The notes under the pieces are model-generated. The model did not search any database. It had not been told where the DNA came from and saw only the letters and a list, made by a program, of their open reading frames with translations. 64,000 nt of DNA, from positions 27,070 through 91,069 of the forward strand of contig CAYGFY010000008.1 of the NCBI GenBank assembly GCA_964349365.1, given 5' to 3'. Both the position numbers and the translations under genes were made by a program. Positions 1 to 9,855 of the stretch are shown here, in pieces. Source of the DNA: an uncultured Bacteroidales bacterium (GTDB taxonomy: Bacteria; Bacteroidota; Bacteroidia; Bacteroidales; UBA7960). Within the stretch, counting starts at the first letter, position 1. Each line of letters begins with the position of its first letter.

Positions 1-35
1 GTACTTTCATGTTTGCCGTTAGTTTAGGTATTTAA
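1..35 (+). CDS. 3' end of a SusC-like TonB-dependent receptor (partial, runs off the window start)
   Basis: Frame 3 (nt 3-35) reads TFMFAVSLGI followed by a stop, 17 nt before the SusD-like start. The slot directly upstream of a susD homolog is canonically susC. Only 11 codons are visible. Confidence 0.35.
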   Translation, partial: TFMFAVSLGI

Positions 36-52
36 TCCCAAAATAAATTGAA

Positions 53-1687
53 ATGAAAAGAAAAAATTTAATAATTGTTTTGCTTCTTTCGGCTTTTGCT
101 TTTGGCTCTTGCATGAAAGATCTTGACATTGTTCCGAAAGACCCAAATATAATCACCGCCGCCGACCTTGGAACTGACCCTAGGGTTCTTCAGGGTGCCC
201 TTGCAAAGATTTATGCAAGCTTTATGTTTCCTGGCCAAGGTGGGGGAGATTCAGATATTAGTGTACCCGACGCACACTTTTTTACTACAATAAGGGCCTT
301 GTGGAACTTGCAATTGCTTCCTACTGATGAGGCTATTTGTGCCTGGGGTGATGTTGGAATCAGCGACCTGAACCTGCAGCAGTGGTCAACATCAAACCCG
401 TTCCTAACGGCATTGTTTCAAAGGCTTGGCCTTACCGTTACTTTTGCCAACGACTTTTTGAGAATTACTGCCAATCTCGACACGCCTCTTGTTAAGAGGT
501 ATAGGGCAGAGGCTAGGTTCTTGAGGGCCTTGGCTTACTACTACCACCTCGATTTATTTGGCAACCCGCCACACACAACCGAGAACGACCCGGTAGGTGC
601 TTTTTTCCCAAAGCAGCTTGATACCAATTTTGCGGAAGGCCGTCGCAAGTTGTTCAATTACATTGAAGCAGAACTCACGGCAATCCTGCCAGATCTTGGT
701 GAGCCGGGGTTCTCATATCCCAATGCCGATAGGGGGGCTGCTTGGATGCTTCTCGCAAGGCTTTACCTCAATGCACAGGTTTATACCGGCACCGCAAGGT
801 GGGCTGACGTTGTTACTTACGTTAACTTGGTTGAGAACAGCAACAAGTACTCGCTTGCTCCCAATTACCGCAAGAATTTTAGTGCCGACAATGGTTACAA
901 CGAGGGCAACCCTGAAATGATTTTTGCTTTTGCCCAAGACGGACACAGAGCAAATGGTTGGGTTGGAACAACCTTTATAATTCAATCCAGTAGCGACGCC
1001 ACCTTCCTGAGGTCAGAAGATTTTCACGGTTTAACCACAAATACCAACTGGAACGGTAACCGTGCAACCAGGCAATTCCTTAACGTGATGATTGATACTC
1101 TTGCAACTTACGGTGGAGCGCCCGTTCCATGGGCTACCGACCCGTTCTTTGTTACTAGCAAGGATCGCAGGGTTTTCTTGAGGGTTAAACAAAGCCCAGA
1201 CATACCGAGCCCAACTGCCTCTGGTAATTTCGGCATAGGTGTTTACAAGTTTACGGCCAAACGTGCCGATGGCACATTCCCGGGAACTTTCAGCACTTCG
1301 TTTGCCAACACCGATTTCCCTATTTTCAGGTATGCAGATGCACTGTTGATGCGTGCTGAAGCCCAATTTAGGCTGGGTAACCCCAATGCAGCAAACGACA
1401 TTAATGCTGTAAGGGCACGTGCTTTTGGCAACAACAGCCAAAATGTTACATTTGCCCAAATGACCGCCCAAATGATTTTAAACGAGCGCGCAAGGGAGTT
1501 TTATTACGAAGCACACCGCCGCACCGACTTGATTCGTTTCGGACAGTTTACCACTGCCGCCTATCTATGGGCTTGGAAGGGCGGAGCTGCAAATGGCGTG
1601 GCCACTAGTCCTCATCTAAACGTTTATCCAATACCTGCCGAGGAAATTGCCGCCAATCCCGAGCTGGTACAAAACCCTAATTATTAA
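53..1687 (+). CDS. SusD/RagB family nutrient-binding outer membrane lipoprotein
   Basis: 544 aa with a lipoprotein signal (LLLSAFAFGSC). SusD-like TPR core RAEARFLRALAYYYHLDLFGNPP and C-terminal ERAREFYYEAHRRTDLIRF motif. Confidence 0.93.
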   Translation: MKRKNLIIVLLLSAFAFGSCMKDLDIVPKDPNIITAADLGTDPRVLQGALAKIYASFMFPGQGGGDSDISVPDAHFFTTIRALWNLQLLPTDEAICAWGDVGISDLNLQQWSTSNPFLTALFQRLGLTVTFANDFLRITANLDTPLVKRYRAEARFLRALAYYYHLDLFGNPPHTTENDPVGAFFPKQLDTNFAEGRRKLFNYIEAELTAILPDLGEPGFSYPNADRGAAWMLLARLYLNAQVYTGTARWADVVTYVNLVENSNKYSLAPNYRKNFSADNGYNEGNPEMIFAFAQDGHRANGWVGTTFIIQSSSDATFLRSEDFHGLTTNTNWNGNRATRQFLNVMIDTLATYGGAPVPWATDPFFVTSKDRRVFLRVKQSPDIPSPTASGNFGIGVYKFTAKRADGTFPGTFSTSFANTDFPIFRYADALLMRAEAQFRLGNPNAANDINAVRARAFGNNSQNVTFAQMTAQMILNERAREFYYEAHRRTDLIRFGQFTTAAYLWAWKGGAANGVATSPHLNVYPIPAEEIAANPELVQNPNY

Positions 1688-1707
1688 CCCGCAAAAAATC
1701 TGAAACA

Positions 1708-2769
1708 ATGAAGAAATACTCATTTTTAATAGTTGGTTTATTGGGGTTGGTAATGCTCTTTGCTTCTTGCGAGAAGGAAGGCGAAAAGGTAATAATGCTC
1801 GATACCGTTAACCCTCCTGGGTTGGTTCAGGTTCCGAGCCTTGCACTTCAAAGGGCAAATGCCAACCAAATTGTTACCTTTATAGGCACCCCCGTAAACC
1901 CCGGTTTCCAAGCTTCGGCCGAATATTTTCTCGAGATTGACGTGGCTGGAAACAATTTTGCCAATCCTTTGGTTCTTTATTCCGGTCGCAAGGTCGATAC
2001 CATAAGAATTCTCACCTCCACCCTTAATGGAAGGCTGCTCGAAAAGTTTAGCGCCGATGTTAACTCTAACGCCAATTTAAGGTTGCGGTCGGTGCTTAAC
2101 GTTGATGCCGGCCAAGGTGCTCCTGGTTCGGGAGCCAATCCCATGGTTTTCTTCTCTGAAGTTAGGAATCTCGTTGTAAACCCATTTGGATTGCCAAGGC
2201 TAAATCTTATCGGCTCTGGAATGGTGCAATTTATTCAATCTGCCGCAGGTGATGGTGTTTATAGAGGCTTCGTCAGAACAAACCCAGCCAACCCATTTAC
2301 CCTTACCAACCCAGACACAGGGGTTAGCTATGGTGGCGCAAGCGGCACGTTGCAGCAAGGCGGTCCTGCAATTGCGCCTCCAACTACCGCCGGTTGGCAT
2401 GTTTTGAACGTTAACCTTAATGCAAACACTTATTCGTTTGTGCCATACATGATGGGAGTTGTGGGCTCCGCAACCCCAAATGGGTGGGGTGGTCCCGACG
2501 AAAAAATGGATTATGTTTTTGCAACAAACAATTGGACCATAACCCTAAACCTGGTTGCGGGTGCATTCAAGTTTAGAAGAAACGATGGGTGGGATTTCAA
2601 CTTCGGGTTTGTTAATGCCCCAACCGGGCCGCTTCCTTGGATTGATGTGCCCTTGCAAAGGGGTGGGGTTGGCAACGACTTTACAATTGCCGCGGCTGGT
2701 AATTATACCATTACTCTGAGAATTGCCGCCGACGAGCAAAGTGCCACAACAACCATTAGAAGGAATTAA
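1708..2769 (+). CDS. SusE-like outer membrane lipoprotein
   Basis: Lipobox LFASC and a position right after susD. The C-terminal module GVVGSATPNGWGGPDEKM...LVAGAFKFRRNDGWDFNFG is the W-rich carbohydrate-binding-like fold typical of SusE/SusF. Confidence 0.6.
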   Translation: MKKYSFLIVGLLGLVMLFASCEKEGEKVIMLDTVNPPGLVQVPSLALQRANANQIVTFIGTPVNPGFQASAEYFLEIDVAGNNFANPLVLYSGRKVDTIRILTSTLNGRLLEKFSADVNSNANLRLRSVLNVDAGQGAPGSGANPMVFFSEVRNLVVNPFGLPRLNLIGSGMVQFIQSAAGDGVYRGFVRTNPANPFTLTNPDTGVSYGGASGTLQQGGPAIAPPTTAGWHVLNVNLNANTYSFVPYMMGVVGSATPNGWGGPDEKMDYVFATNNWTITLNLVAGAFKFRRNDGWDFNFGFVNAPTGPLPWIDVPLQRGGVGNDFTIAAAGNYTITLRIAADEQSATTTIRRN

Positions 2770-2786
2770 CGATAAATTTAAACGAT

Positions 2787-4328
2787 ATGAAAAAGAATCA
2801 TTTAATCAGGAGCTTTTCAATCTTGTTCTTGGGGCTTGCTGTTTTGTTTGGCTGCACCAAGGACATAGAAGACTTGAGGCTTGACCCAACTGTTGAAACT
2901 GCCGAGGTGCTAGAACTAACTTCCAATTCGGCCAAGGTTGTTGGTTTCGTGGTGGCACAAGGAACAGGATTTACCGAGAGGGGAGTTGTTTACCACACTC
3001 AACCCAACCCTACGGTTGACAACCCAAAGGTTGTTTTCCAAGGAACCACCGAGTCGGCGTCCTTTAACGTAACCCTCACCGGCCTGTCTAGGGTAACGAG
3101 GTATTACGCTCGGGCCTATGGTATAAGTGCTTCGGGGGTGGTTTACGGAAAGCAGTTTGATTTTACTACCTTGGCCGTTCTTCCAACCGTTACCACAACC
3201 GCTGTTACCGCTATTACGGGCACTACTGCCCAAACGGGAGGTAATGTTACCGACAATGGTGGTGCGGCCGTAATGGAACGCGGAGTTGTTTTATCTACAA
3301 CACCCAACCCTACACTTGCCAACACGAAGGTTGTTAGTGGAGCTGGTTCAGGTGCTTTTACCAGTGCACTTACAGACTTGCAAGGCCTTACCACGTATTT
3401 TGTTCGGGCGTTTGCAACCAATAGCGTAGGAACCGCTTACGGTGAGCAAAGACAATTTACCACACTGGTATCAATTCGTACCTGGTACATTGCAGGCAAC
3501 TTTCTTGAGGCAAGTTACCCCGGGCATACCTTTCTGAATTGGAATCCAGCCCAATCGCCATTCATTAGAAATGCTCCAGGTAACCCCGATTTGATGGAAG
3601 GGTATTTCTTTATGGGTTTGGCCAACAATGAGTTCAAGGTGGTAAGGCAACCAAGCTGGTCTGGTGACCATGGCTTCGGTGGACCAGGTATTTTAAGCGA
3701 AGGAGGGGCAAATATTCAATTGCCAGGCCCAGCCTTCTACAGGTTTACCGTAAATCCAACAGCCCTTACGTTTACTGCTACACCTCTGGTATGGGGTGTT
3801 ATTGGCGAGGGCACTCCCGGAGGGTGGTCCACCGAAACACCTTTGTCTTACAAGCCAGCCCAGAGGGTTTGGTCGGGAGGTGTAACTCTCACGGGCAACC
3901 CTTCAGTTAAGTTCAGGGCTCATAATTGGGATCATAACTATGGAGGAACTGGTGGCAACTTGGTGCACGGTGGACCAAACATTGATTTGGTTGCAGGAAG
4001 CTACTTTTTTATTCTTGATTTAGCCATTCCTCACCAATACAAATATACTGCCAACCGGTGGTCGATTATAGGTAGCGTAAACGGTGCATGGAATAATGAT
4101 ACCTTTTTGACCTGGAATGCAACAGATCAAGCAATGGTGGTAACAGCAAATCTTACGGCTGGAGAGTTCAAATTTAGAGCCAATGCCGGTTGGGACGTTA
4201 ACTTGGGAGGAGCTCCTAGTAACCTGACCCTCGGAGGACCCAATATTGTCGTACCGGAGGCTGGCAACTACACTATTAGGCTTTTCCCAAGGCCCGACGG
4301 TGGTACGTTTACCATTGTTAAAAACTAG
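2787..4328 (+). CDS. SusF-like surface glycan-binding lipoprotein (two Ig/Fn3-like repeats plus three CBM-like modules)
   Basis: Lipobox LFGC. Two N-terminal repeats (ERGVVYHTQPNPTVDNPKV / ERGVVLSTTPNPTLANTKV). Three modules of the form IG(E/S)...GW...EFKF(R)...W(D)xNxGG. Confidence 0.55.
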   Translation: MKKNHLIRSFSILFLGLAVLFGCTKDIEDLRLDPTVETAEVLELTSNSAKVVGFVVAQGTGFTERGVVYHTQPNPTVDNPKVVFQGTTESASFNVTLTGLSRVTRYYARAYGISASGVVYGKQFDFTTLAVLPTVTTTAVTAITGTTAQTGGNVTDNGGAAVMERGVVLSTTPNPTLANTKVVSGAGSGAFTSALTDLQGLTTYFVRAFATNSVGTAYGEQRQFTTLVSIRTWYIAGNFLEASYPGHTFLNWNPAQSPFIRNAPGNPDLMEGYFFMGLANNEFKVVRQPSWSGDHGFGGPGILSEGGANIQLPGPAFYRFTVNPTALTFTATPLVWGVIGEGTPGGWSTETPLSYKPAQRVWSGGVTLTGNPSVKFRAHNWDHNYGGTGGNLVHGGPNIDLVAGSYFFILDLAIPHQYKYTANRWSIIGSVNGAWNNDTFLTWNATDQAMVVTANLTAGEFKFRANAGWDVNLGGAPSNLTLGGPNIVVPEAGNYTIRLFPRPDGGTFTIVKN

Positions 4329-4348
4329 AGGTACTAATGGATAAAAAA

Positions 4349-4386
4349 ATGTCGGGGCGACTTCAAGTTACCCCGACATTTTTTTC
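4349..4386 (+). terminator. Rho-independent terminator ending the Sus operon
   Basis: The 10-nt arm aatgtcgggg (4348-4357) pairs perfectly with ccccgacatt (4371-4380), loop cgacttcaagtta, then a T-run 4379-4385; the plotted span starts one nt inside the stem. Confidence 0.8.
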
Positions 4387-4475
4387 CAACCAACTCGCGG
4401 CCGTTGGCGTGCAACTTTTAGTCGCGCCCCTACTTTTACCCATTTTTTGTAAACCAGCCTATATTGCAAAATCCT

Positions 4476-4483
4476 TATCTTTG
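4476..4483 (+). promoter_or_regulatory. Bacteroidota -7 promoter box (TAnnTTTG)
   Basis: TATCTTTG lies 16 nt upstream of the ATG at 4499. Confidence 0.45.
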
Positions 4484-4498
4484 CAAAAACGAGAAATT

Positions 4499-4909
4499 AT
4501 GGCTACTTCGAAACTTTTTTACTCTGGCGACCTTCGCACCGAAATTACCCACCTTGGTTCTGGCAACCTTGTTATTACCGATGCACCACTTGACAACAAG
4601 GGTAGGGGGGAGGCCTTTTCGCCCACCGATCTACTAGCAACGGCACTTGCAAGTTGTATGGTTACCATAATGGGAATACTTGCACGGGAGCACGGTTTCA
4701 ACATTGACGGAACCAAGGCCGAGATAACCAAGATTATGGCTGCTGAGCCAAGGCGTATTTCCGAGGTGCACGTTAAGGTTACCTTCCCTCCGTTTGAATA
4801 CACTCACGAGCAAAGAACAATGCTTCGCCGCGCTGCCAAAACCTGCCCCGTGGCACTAAGCCTGCACCCCGATATTAAACAGGTGGTGGAGTTTGAGTTT
4901 TCAGAATAG
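4499..4909 (+). CDS. OsmC family peroxiredoxin-like protein
   Basis: MATSKLFYSGDL...FSPTDLLATALASCMVT...AAKTCPVALSL shows the two conserved Cys regions of OsmC/Ohr. The start is moved from 4337 to the ATG at 4499 because the upstream part overlaps the terminator hairpin and the -7 box. Confidence 0.85.
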   Translation: MATSKLFYSGDLRTEITHLGSGNLVITDAPLDNKGRGEAFSPTDLLATALASCMVTIMGILAREHGFNIDGTKAEITKIMAAEPRRISEVHVKVTFPPFEYTHEQRTMLRRAAKTCPVALSLHPDIKQVVEFEFSE

Positions 4910-4915
4910 AAAACA

Positions 4916-5575
4916 TTACTGCTTCTTGTAAAGGATTATTGCGTTAATAATTCCAGGAACAATAATCCCAATAATGGTTATGTTTAAGGGCAACAGTAAA
5001 AAATCGTACCAAGCCAGTTTAAGCCGACCTTTGTTCAAAATCTGCCGGTTGTGGGTGTTGGAGGGAGCAAGATCCCACAGGTAGCCAACAATGATATTGT
5101 TAGCCTTGTACCACAGCGATTTTGATTTCACGGTTTCATGCGTTGATTCATTTTTGATAATGGTATGGTTAAAGTACACGAAAGCCCTGATGTTGGCATC
5201 TTGCTCTGCCCCGTTTCTGTAATGTTTCTTTTTGCCAGCTGCACTTAGGGCACTCGGCAAACCAAACTTTGAAAGGTAAAACCACCCCGATTTCTTGCTT
5301 TGAAGATAGTGGCCGAACTCGTGCTGAAACAATTCATTTGACGGTTTAGCCTCCATAGTTTTGTTTCCTATTATAAATCGTCCTAAAGTTACACCCCTGC
5401 CTCCGAAAATGGGTAGCTGAATCCCGTCGGTTTTTACAACCGTGGCTCCTTCAAATTCCTCAACCTTGGATATTCTACCAAGAGCCTTTAAAGTCAATAA
5501 AAAAAGCAATCCCAGCCCATTTTGGGGCAATTCCCATATCCATAGTAGAATATTCTTGGAAACAATACTAAACAT
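4916..5575 (-). CDS. Hypothetical membrane protein with an HExxH zinc-metallopeptidase-like motif
   Basis: 219 aa. HEFGH is encoded at 5309-5323. Hydrophobic segments at the N-terminus (GLGLLFLLTL) and C-terminus (LLLPLNITIIGIIVPGIINAIIL). No family assigned with certainty. Confidence 0.6.
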   Translation of the reverse strand: MFSIVSKNILLWIWELPQNGLGLLFLLTLKALGRISKVEEFEGATVVKTDGIQLPIFGGRGVTLGRFIIGNKTMEAKPSNELFQHEFGHYLQSKKSGWFYLSKFGLPSALSAAGKKKHYRNGAEQDANIRAFVYFNHTIIKNESTHETVKSKSLWYKANNIIVGYLWDLAPSNTHNRQILNKGRLKLAWYDFLLLPLNITIIGIIVPGIINAIILYKKQ

Positions 5576-5731
5576 ACATTATTACCTAAATATTTATGTT
5601 TTTCCTTGCAAAACTACATCAAAAAAGCATTCATAAAATTTGATTCACAATTCGCATTAAAGTGTTTCTTTTGTTAGAATTCCAATTATCTGGGAATTGG
5701 GCATATCACTATTTTTATGTTGATAATTACA

Positions 5732-5739
5732 TACCTTTG
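5732..5739 (+). promoter_or_regulatory. Bacteroidota -7 promoter box (TAnnTTTG)
   Basis: TACCTTTG lies 38 nt upstream of the ATG at 5777. Confidence 0.4.
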
Positions 5740-5776
5740 GCTTGATTTTTGTGGAATATAAAAAAACTTAACCGAG

Positions 5777-6763
5777 ATGAAAAACAAGAATTTTACCTTT
5801 ATTATAGCCTTGAGTTTGGCGGTCTTGCTTCTTTCAAGCTGCATGTCTCGCTACCCCGGAGTTGTAGCCACCGACCCATATCGAGTCAAGGATTTCCCGA
5901 CCCCGCGCCACAAGAGCGAGATAAAGGTTTTCTACCCGACCGATAGGAAGCCTGCCCCTAAGAGTTACATCCAAACCCACCTATTCGAGGCCTTGGACTT
6001 TCCGGGCACATCACTTGGCAGGCAAGTAAGGCAACTTGTTGACAAGGCCAGCTTTGCCGGGGTCGATGCCATTATAATCGAATCGCATCGCGATATCTGG
6101 CGCACCTTGCCCAACGGTTTGAGGATTCGCGAGAACGTGGCAAGAGCAAAGGGTATAAAGTTCAAACAGAGGGTTAATTACCTACACTTATATCGGTACG
6201 TTGACCAGCTTTTCAAGTACGATGCCCCTAGGGATACCTTCGAGCTGGTGGCCAACCTTTTTCCCGATTTCAATGGCCAAATTGTTAGGGTGGAAGGCGA
6301 TAACCAGGCAAGGGCCAACCATTACTACCGCAATTACATAAAGCTTTATTCGCTCGATTTCTTGCTTGGCGATGAATCAGATAACTGGAAGTTTAGAAGA
6401 ACCCTATCAGGACGTGTTATCAGGAGAAACCATGTTGACAACAAAGGTCAGGTTACTATTAAGCTTAGGTTGAAGTACGAACCTGGCACTAGAAAAATTT
6501 CTTACATTGATGGCCAATTTCTTGGTGAAACTGGCAGGTGGGATCGTAAGGAAATTTGGTTGAAATTTGACGATAACAAGCTCGTTAAAGAAAAGCTAAT
6601 TATCAAGAATGGTGCTCGTTTTTTGGTTGAAAGGTTTATTTACGACGATCAAGATAGGGTGATTACCAGCACTTACTACAAGTTTGTTGATGGTGGTGAG
6701 CAGCCATTCTTGCAAACACAATATTATTATTACGAGAAGGAAGATTTGGATAAGCTTTTTTAG
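5777..6763 (+). CDS. Hypothetical lipoprotein
   Basis: 328 aa with lipobox LLLSSC. The C-terminal half is rich in short beta-hairpin-like repeats (KIS YIDG..., VKEKLIIKNG..., VERFIYDDQDRV). No recognised domain. Confidence 0.6.
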   Translation: MKNKNFTFIIALSLAVLLLSSCMSRYPGVVATDPYRVKDFPTPRHKSEIKVFYPTDRKPAPKSYIQTHLFEALDFPGTSLGRQVRQLVDKASFAGVDAIIIESHRDIWRTLPNGLRIRENVARAKGIKFKQRVNYLHLYRYVDQLFKYDAPRDTFELVANLFPDFNGQIVRVEGDNQARANHYYRNYIKLYSLDFLLGDESDNWKFRRTLSGRVIRRNHVDNKGQVTIKLRLKYEPGTRKISYIDGQFLGETGRWDRKEIWLKFDDNKLVKEKLIIKNGARFLVERFIYDDQDRVITSTYYKFVDGGEQPFLQTQYYYYEKEDLDKLF

Positions 6764-6818
6764 TGATGATTTTGTTTCGGGGTGGCTCCAACAAGTCACC
6801 CCGAAACTTTTCAGGTTC

Positions 6819-8099
6819 TTAAAATGGGTCGTTTACCTCATTCCACCTGAACACCTTGTCGCCCCGGCGCACAAGTTCGGGTACTGGTATCGAGGCTGCA
6901 TCGCCCTTGATGGTTTGACCAACCTTCTGAAGGTTTACCCTTATTTCTTCAACATCGAACTCGACAGCTCCTGTTGTTGGTCCGGCAATTAGCAACGGGT
7001 CGTTTTGGGCAAATCCGTGGGTTTCGATACGAATCTCGGCAATTTTCATGTTCGAGAAGTAGTTTGTAACTATCCCGATGTATTGTTTATTTCGTGTTGC
7101 TTGCGAACCGTACCTTTTGGTCCATTCGCCCATTTTTCGCCCCAGGTAGTACCCCTCCCAAAACCCGCGGTTGTAAACTGACGACAGTCTCTTTTGCCAC
7201 TCTTCAATTTTCTCCTTGGAGTAAGTGCCGTTCAACACCGCATCGGCGGCCTCGCGATAGCACATGGTAACCGTCTTGACGTACTCGGGTCCTCGTGCGC
7301 GGCCCTCGATCTTGAAAACAGAAACACCCGCTGCAACTATCCTGTCTAAAAAACTTATGGTGCAAAGGTCCTTTGGCGACATTATGTACTCGTTGTCAAT
7401 TTCGAGCTGGTGACCATCTTCTATGTCGGTGACGAGGTACCTGCGCCGACACTGCTGTAGACACGATCCGCGGTTTGCCGACGTGTTGAGGTTGTCGAGG
7501 CTTATGTAGCACTTTCCGCTAACCGCCATGCAAAGGGCACCGTGAACGAAAATCTCTATTTGCACCAAGTTGCCCGAAGGGCCTGTAATGTTTTGTTCTT
7601 CAATTTGGACAACAATATCGTGAACTTGCTGAAGGGTTAGCTCACGTGCCGTAACCACCACGTCGGCAAACTGTGAGAAGAACCTCACCGCCTCTATGTT
7701 GGTTATGTTGGTTTGGGTGGAGAGGTGTACCCCTACGTTCATTTGCCTTGCCTGGCTTATCACCGACAAGTCGGAGGCAATAATGGCTGATATGCCGGCA
7801 CCACGAGCCGCTTCTATGGTCTCACGCAAATCGTCAAGCTCGTTGTTGTAAATTATCGTGTTAAGGGTAAGGTAGGTTTTTATACCAGCATCATTGCAGG
7901 TTTTGCAGATACTCTTGAGGTCGGTAAGGGTGAAGTTTTGCGAAGAACGCGAGCGCATGTTTAGCTTGCCAACTCCAAAATAAACCGAGCTTGCGCCTCC
8001 TTGAATTGCCGCTTGCAGCGACTCGAAAGAACCTACCGGCGACATTATTTCTATTTTGGTGGTTCTAGGTTTATTTGAACTTGTTTGTTTTATTTCCAT
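6819..8099 (-). CDS. U32 family peptidase (PrtC/collagenase-like)
   Basis: 426 aa. MSPVGSFESLQAAIQGGASSVYFG...FVHGALCMAVSGKCY...IEGRARGPEYV is typical of U32. Confidence 0.88.
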   Translation of the reverse strand: MEIKQTSSNKPRTTKIEIMSPVGSFESLQAAIQGGASSVYFGVGKLNMRSRSSQNFTLTDLKSICKTCNDAGIKTYLTLNTIIYNNELDDLRETIEAARGAGISAIIASDLSVISQARQMNVGVHLSTQTNITNIEAVRFFSQFADVVVTARELTLQQVHDIVVQIEEQNITGPSGNLVQIEIFVHGALCMAVSGKCYISLDNLNTSANRGSCLQQCRRRYLVTDIEDGHQLEIDNEYIMSPKDLCTISFLDRIVAAGVSVFKIEGRARGPEYVKTVTMCYREAADAVLNGTYSKEKIEEWQKRLSSVYNRGFWEGYYLGRKMGEWTKRYGSQATRNKQYIGIVTNYFSNMKIAEIRIETHGFAQNDPLLIAGPTTGAVEFDVEEIRVNLQKVGQTIKGDAASIPVPELVRRGDKVFRWNEVNDPF

Positions 8100-8284
8100 T
8101 TTGGCTGTAAGGGTACTACTCCTGTTTTCGGTTTTTTTACACTCTACGCTTATGCCACTGATCCGCCTGTCGGCCTAACGATGATGACTCCAGATTATTA
8201 GCTTTTTTGGCTATTATCGGAGTTTGTGAAGCAATTAGCGTTAGCGAGTTAAAATATTATGGAGCAACAATTTTTTTTTATTTG

Positions 8285-9745
8285 TTACTTCCTTGCTGGT
8301 ATCATTTTTAAGGTTTCCAGGGTAAGCTTCCAGAATTTTTTAACCGCGGGTATGTGAATTCTTTCGTCGGGCGAATGTGCTCCCTTTATGGTTGGTCCGT
8401 ATGATATCATGTCAATTCCCGGATATTTCTCACCAATTTGACCACATTCAAGGCCGGCATGAATAGCCAAAACCTTTGGTTCGACACCAAACAGCTTCTT
8501 GTGTGCTTCCTTCATGGTAGCCATTATTGGCGAGTTAACGTTTGGCCTCCACCCCGGGTAACCATCACCGGTTTTAATTTTGGCTCCGGCCAGCGAAAAA
8601 ACAGCGTTAACCATATCGGCTACATTCTGCTTGCCCGACTCCAATGAGCTTCTTTGACTTGTTGCTATTATAATATCGGTTGGGGTCATTTTTATTGAAG
8701 CAAGGTTGGTTGAAGTTTCTACCAGGTTTGAAATGTCGGGCGACATGGAAATAACGCCGTGCGGACAAGCATATAGTGCATTAAGAAGGTTTTGCTGAGT
8801 TTCGAGGTCAATTAAATGGCTGGTTTGAATTGTTTCTGCAAGATCTATGTTAAGGTTTGGCTCGGTGGATTTGAGTTCTAATTTAATCTCTGAAACAAGG
8901 TCCTTAACAAGTGCAATCAATGACGGCTTATACCTTTTTGGTGTCGAAAAGGTTGCAAAAGCTTCCCTTGCTATTGCGTTTCGGAGGTTGCCACCGCTAA
9001 TTTCTGACAGGCGAATTTCGAACATTTTCTCGAAGTTCCACAAAAGGCGCGTTATAATTTTGATGGCGTTGCCCCTGCCTTTGTTGATGTCGTCGCCCGA
9101 ATGGCCGCCGGTTAAACCGGTTACGGCTACTTTTAAGAACACTTGGTCTGCCAGCGGCTCCACATTTTTATAAGAAAACGTTGCCGTGGTGTCAATGCCT
9201 CCGGCGCAACCAATGAAAAGCTCTCCGTCGTCTTCTGAGTCAAGGTTTAGCAAGATTCTGCTTTTCACGAAATCTTTTTCAAGCCTGAAAGCACCGGTAA
9301 GGCCTGTTTCTTCATCAACGGTAAAAAGGCACTCAATGGGTCCGTGGTCAATGTCGGTGGCCTCGAGTATTGCCAGTTGCGCCGCCATACCAATGCCGTT
9401 GTCGGCACCAAGGGTAGTGCCGAGGGCGTGAACCCAATCGCCTTTAATCACTGGTATTATGGGGTCTTTATCGAAGTTGTGTTTAATATCCGAATTTTTC
9501 TCGCAAACCATATCAACGTGGCTTTGAAGCACAACCCATGGCTTGTTTTCGAAGCCTGAAGTGGCTGGTTTTCTGATTATAACGTTTCCTGCGCTATCTT
9601 GCTGCCATTCAAGGTTTAGCCTTTCGGCGAAGTCGGTGAGGTATTTTGTGATTTTGCCTTCTTTCTTCGAGGGGCGGGGTATTTGACAAATTGCTTCGAA
9701 ATGCTGCCAGATGCCGGTTGGTTCGAGATGAGATAAGGTTGCCAT
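8285..9745 (-). CDS. pepD: Aminoacyl-histidine (Xaa-His) dipeptidase, M20 family
   Basis: 486 aa. LQSHVDMVCEKN, GTTLGADNGIGMA, FTVDEETGLTGA, and GLECG near the C-terminus. Confidence 0.9.
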   Translation of the reverse strand: MATLSHLEPTGIWQHFEAICQIPRPSKKEGKITKYLTDFAERLNLEWQQDSAGNVIIRKPATSGFENKPWVVLQSHVDMVCEKNSDIKHNFDKDPIIPVIKGDWVHALGTTLGADNGIGMAAQLAILEATDIDHGPIECLFTVDEETGLTGAFRLEKDFVKSRILLNLDSEDDGELFIGCAGGIDTTATFSYKNVEPLADQVFLKVAVTGLTGGHSGDDINKGRGNAIKIITRLLWNFEKMFEIRLSEISGGNLRNAIAREAFATFSTPKRYKPSLIALVKDLVSEIKLELKSTEPNLNIDLAETIQTSHLIDLETQQNLLNALYACPHGVISMSPDISNLVETSTNLASIKMTPTDIIIATSQRSSLESGKQNVADMVNAVFSLAGAKIKTGDGYPGWRPNVNSPIMATMKEAHKKLFGVEPKVLAIHAGLECGQIGEKYPGIDMISYGPTIKGAHSPDERIHIPAVKKFWKLTLETLKMIPARK

Positions 9746-9855
9746 TATATTTTTTTGATTTTAGATAGAAAAGTGAAAGTAAAATTAATCAAAAATCGTT
9801 AATCAAATCCATTTTATCGGTCAGTCGGTCGGTAAACCGATTGGTGCCTGATTGG

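Noticed and set aside
4337-4498. N-terminal 54-codon extension of the OsmC ORF
   Set aside because: It overlaps the Sus-operon terminator hairpin and contains the -7 box TATCTTTG. OsmC homology begins at the ATG at 4499.
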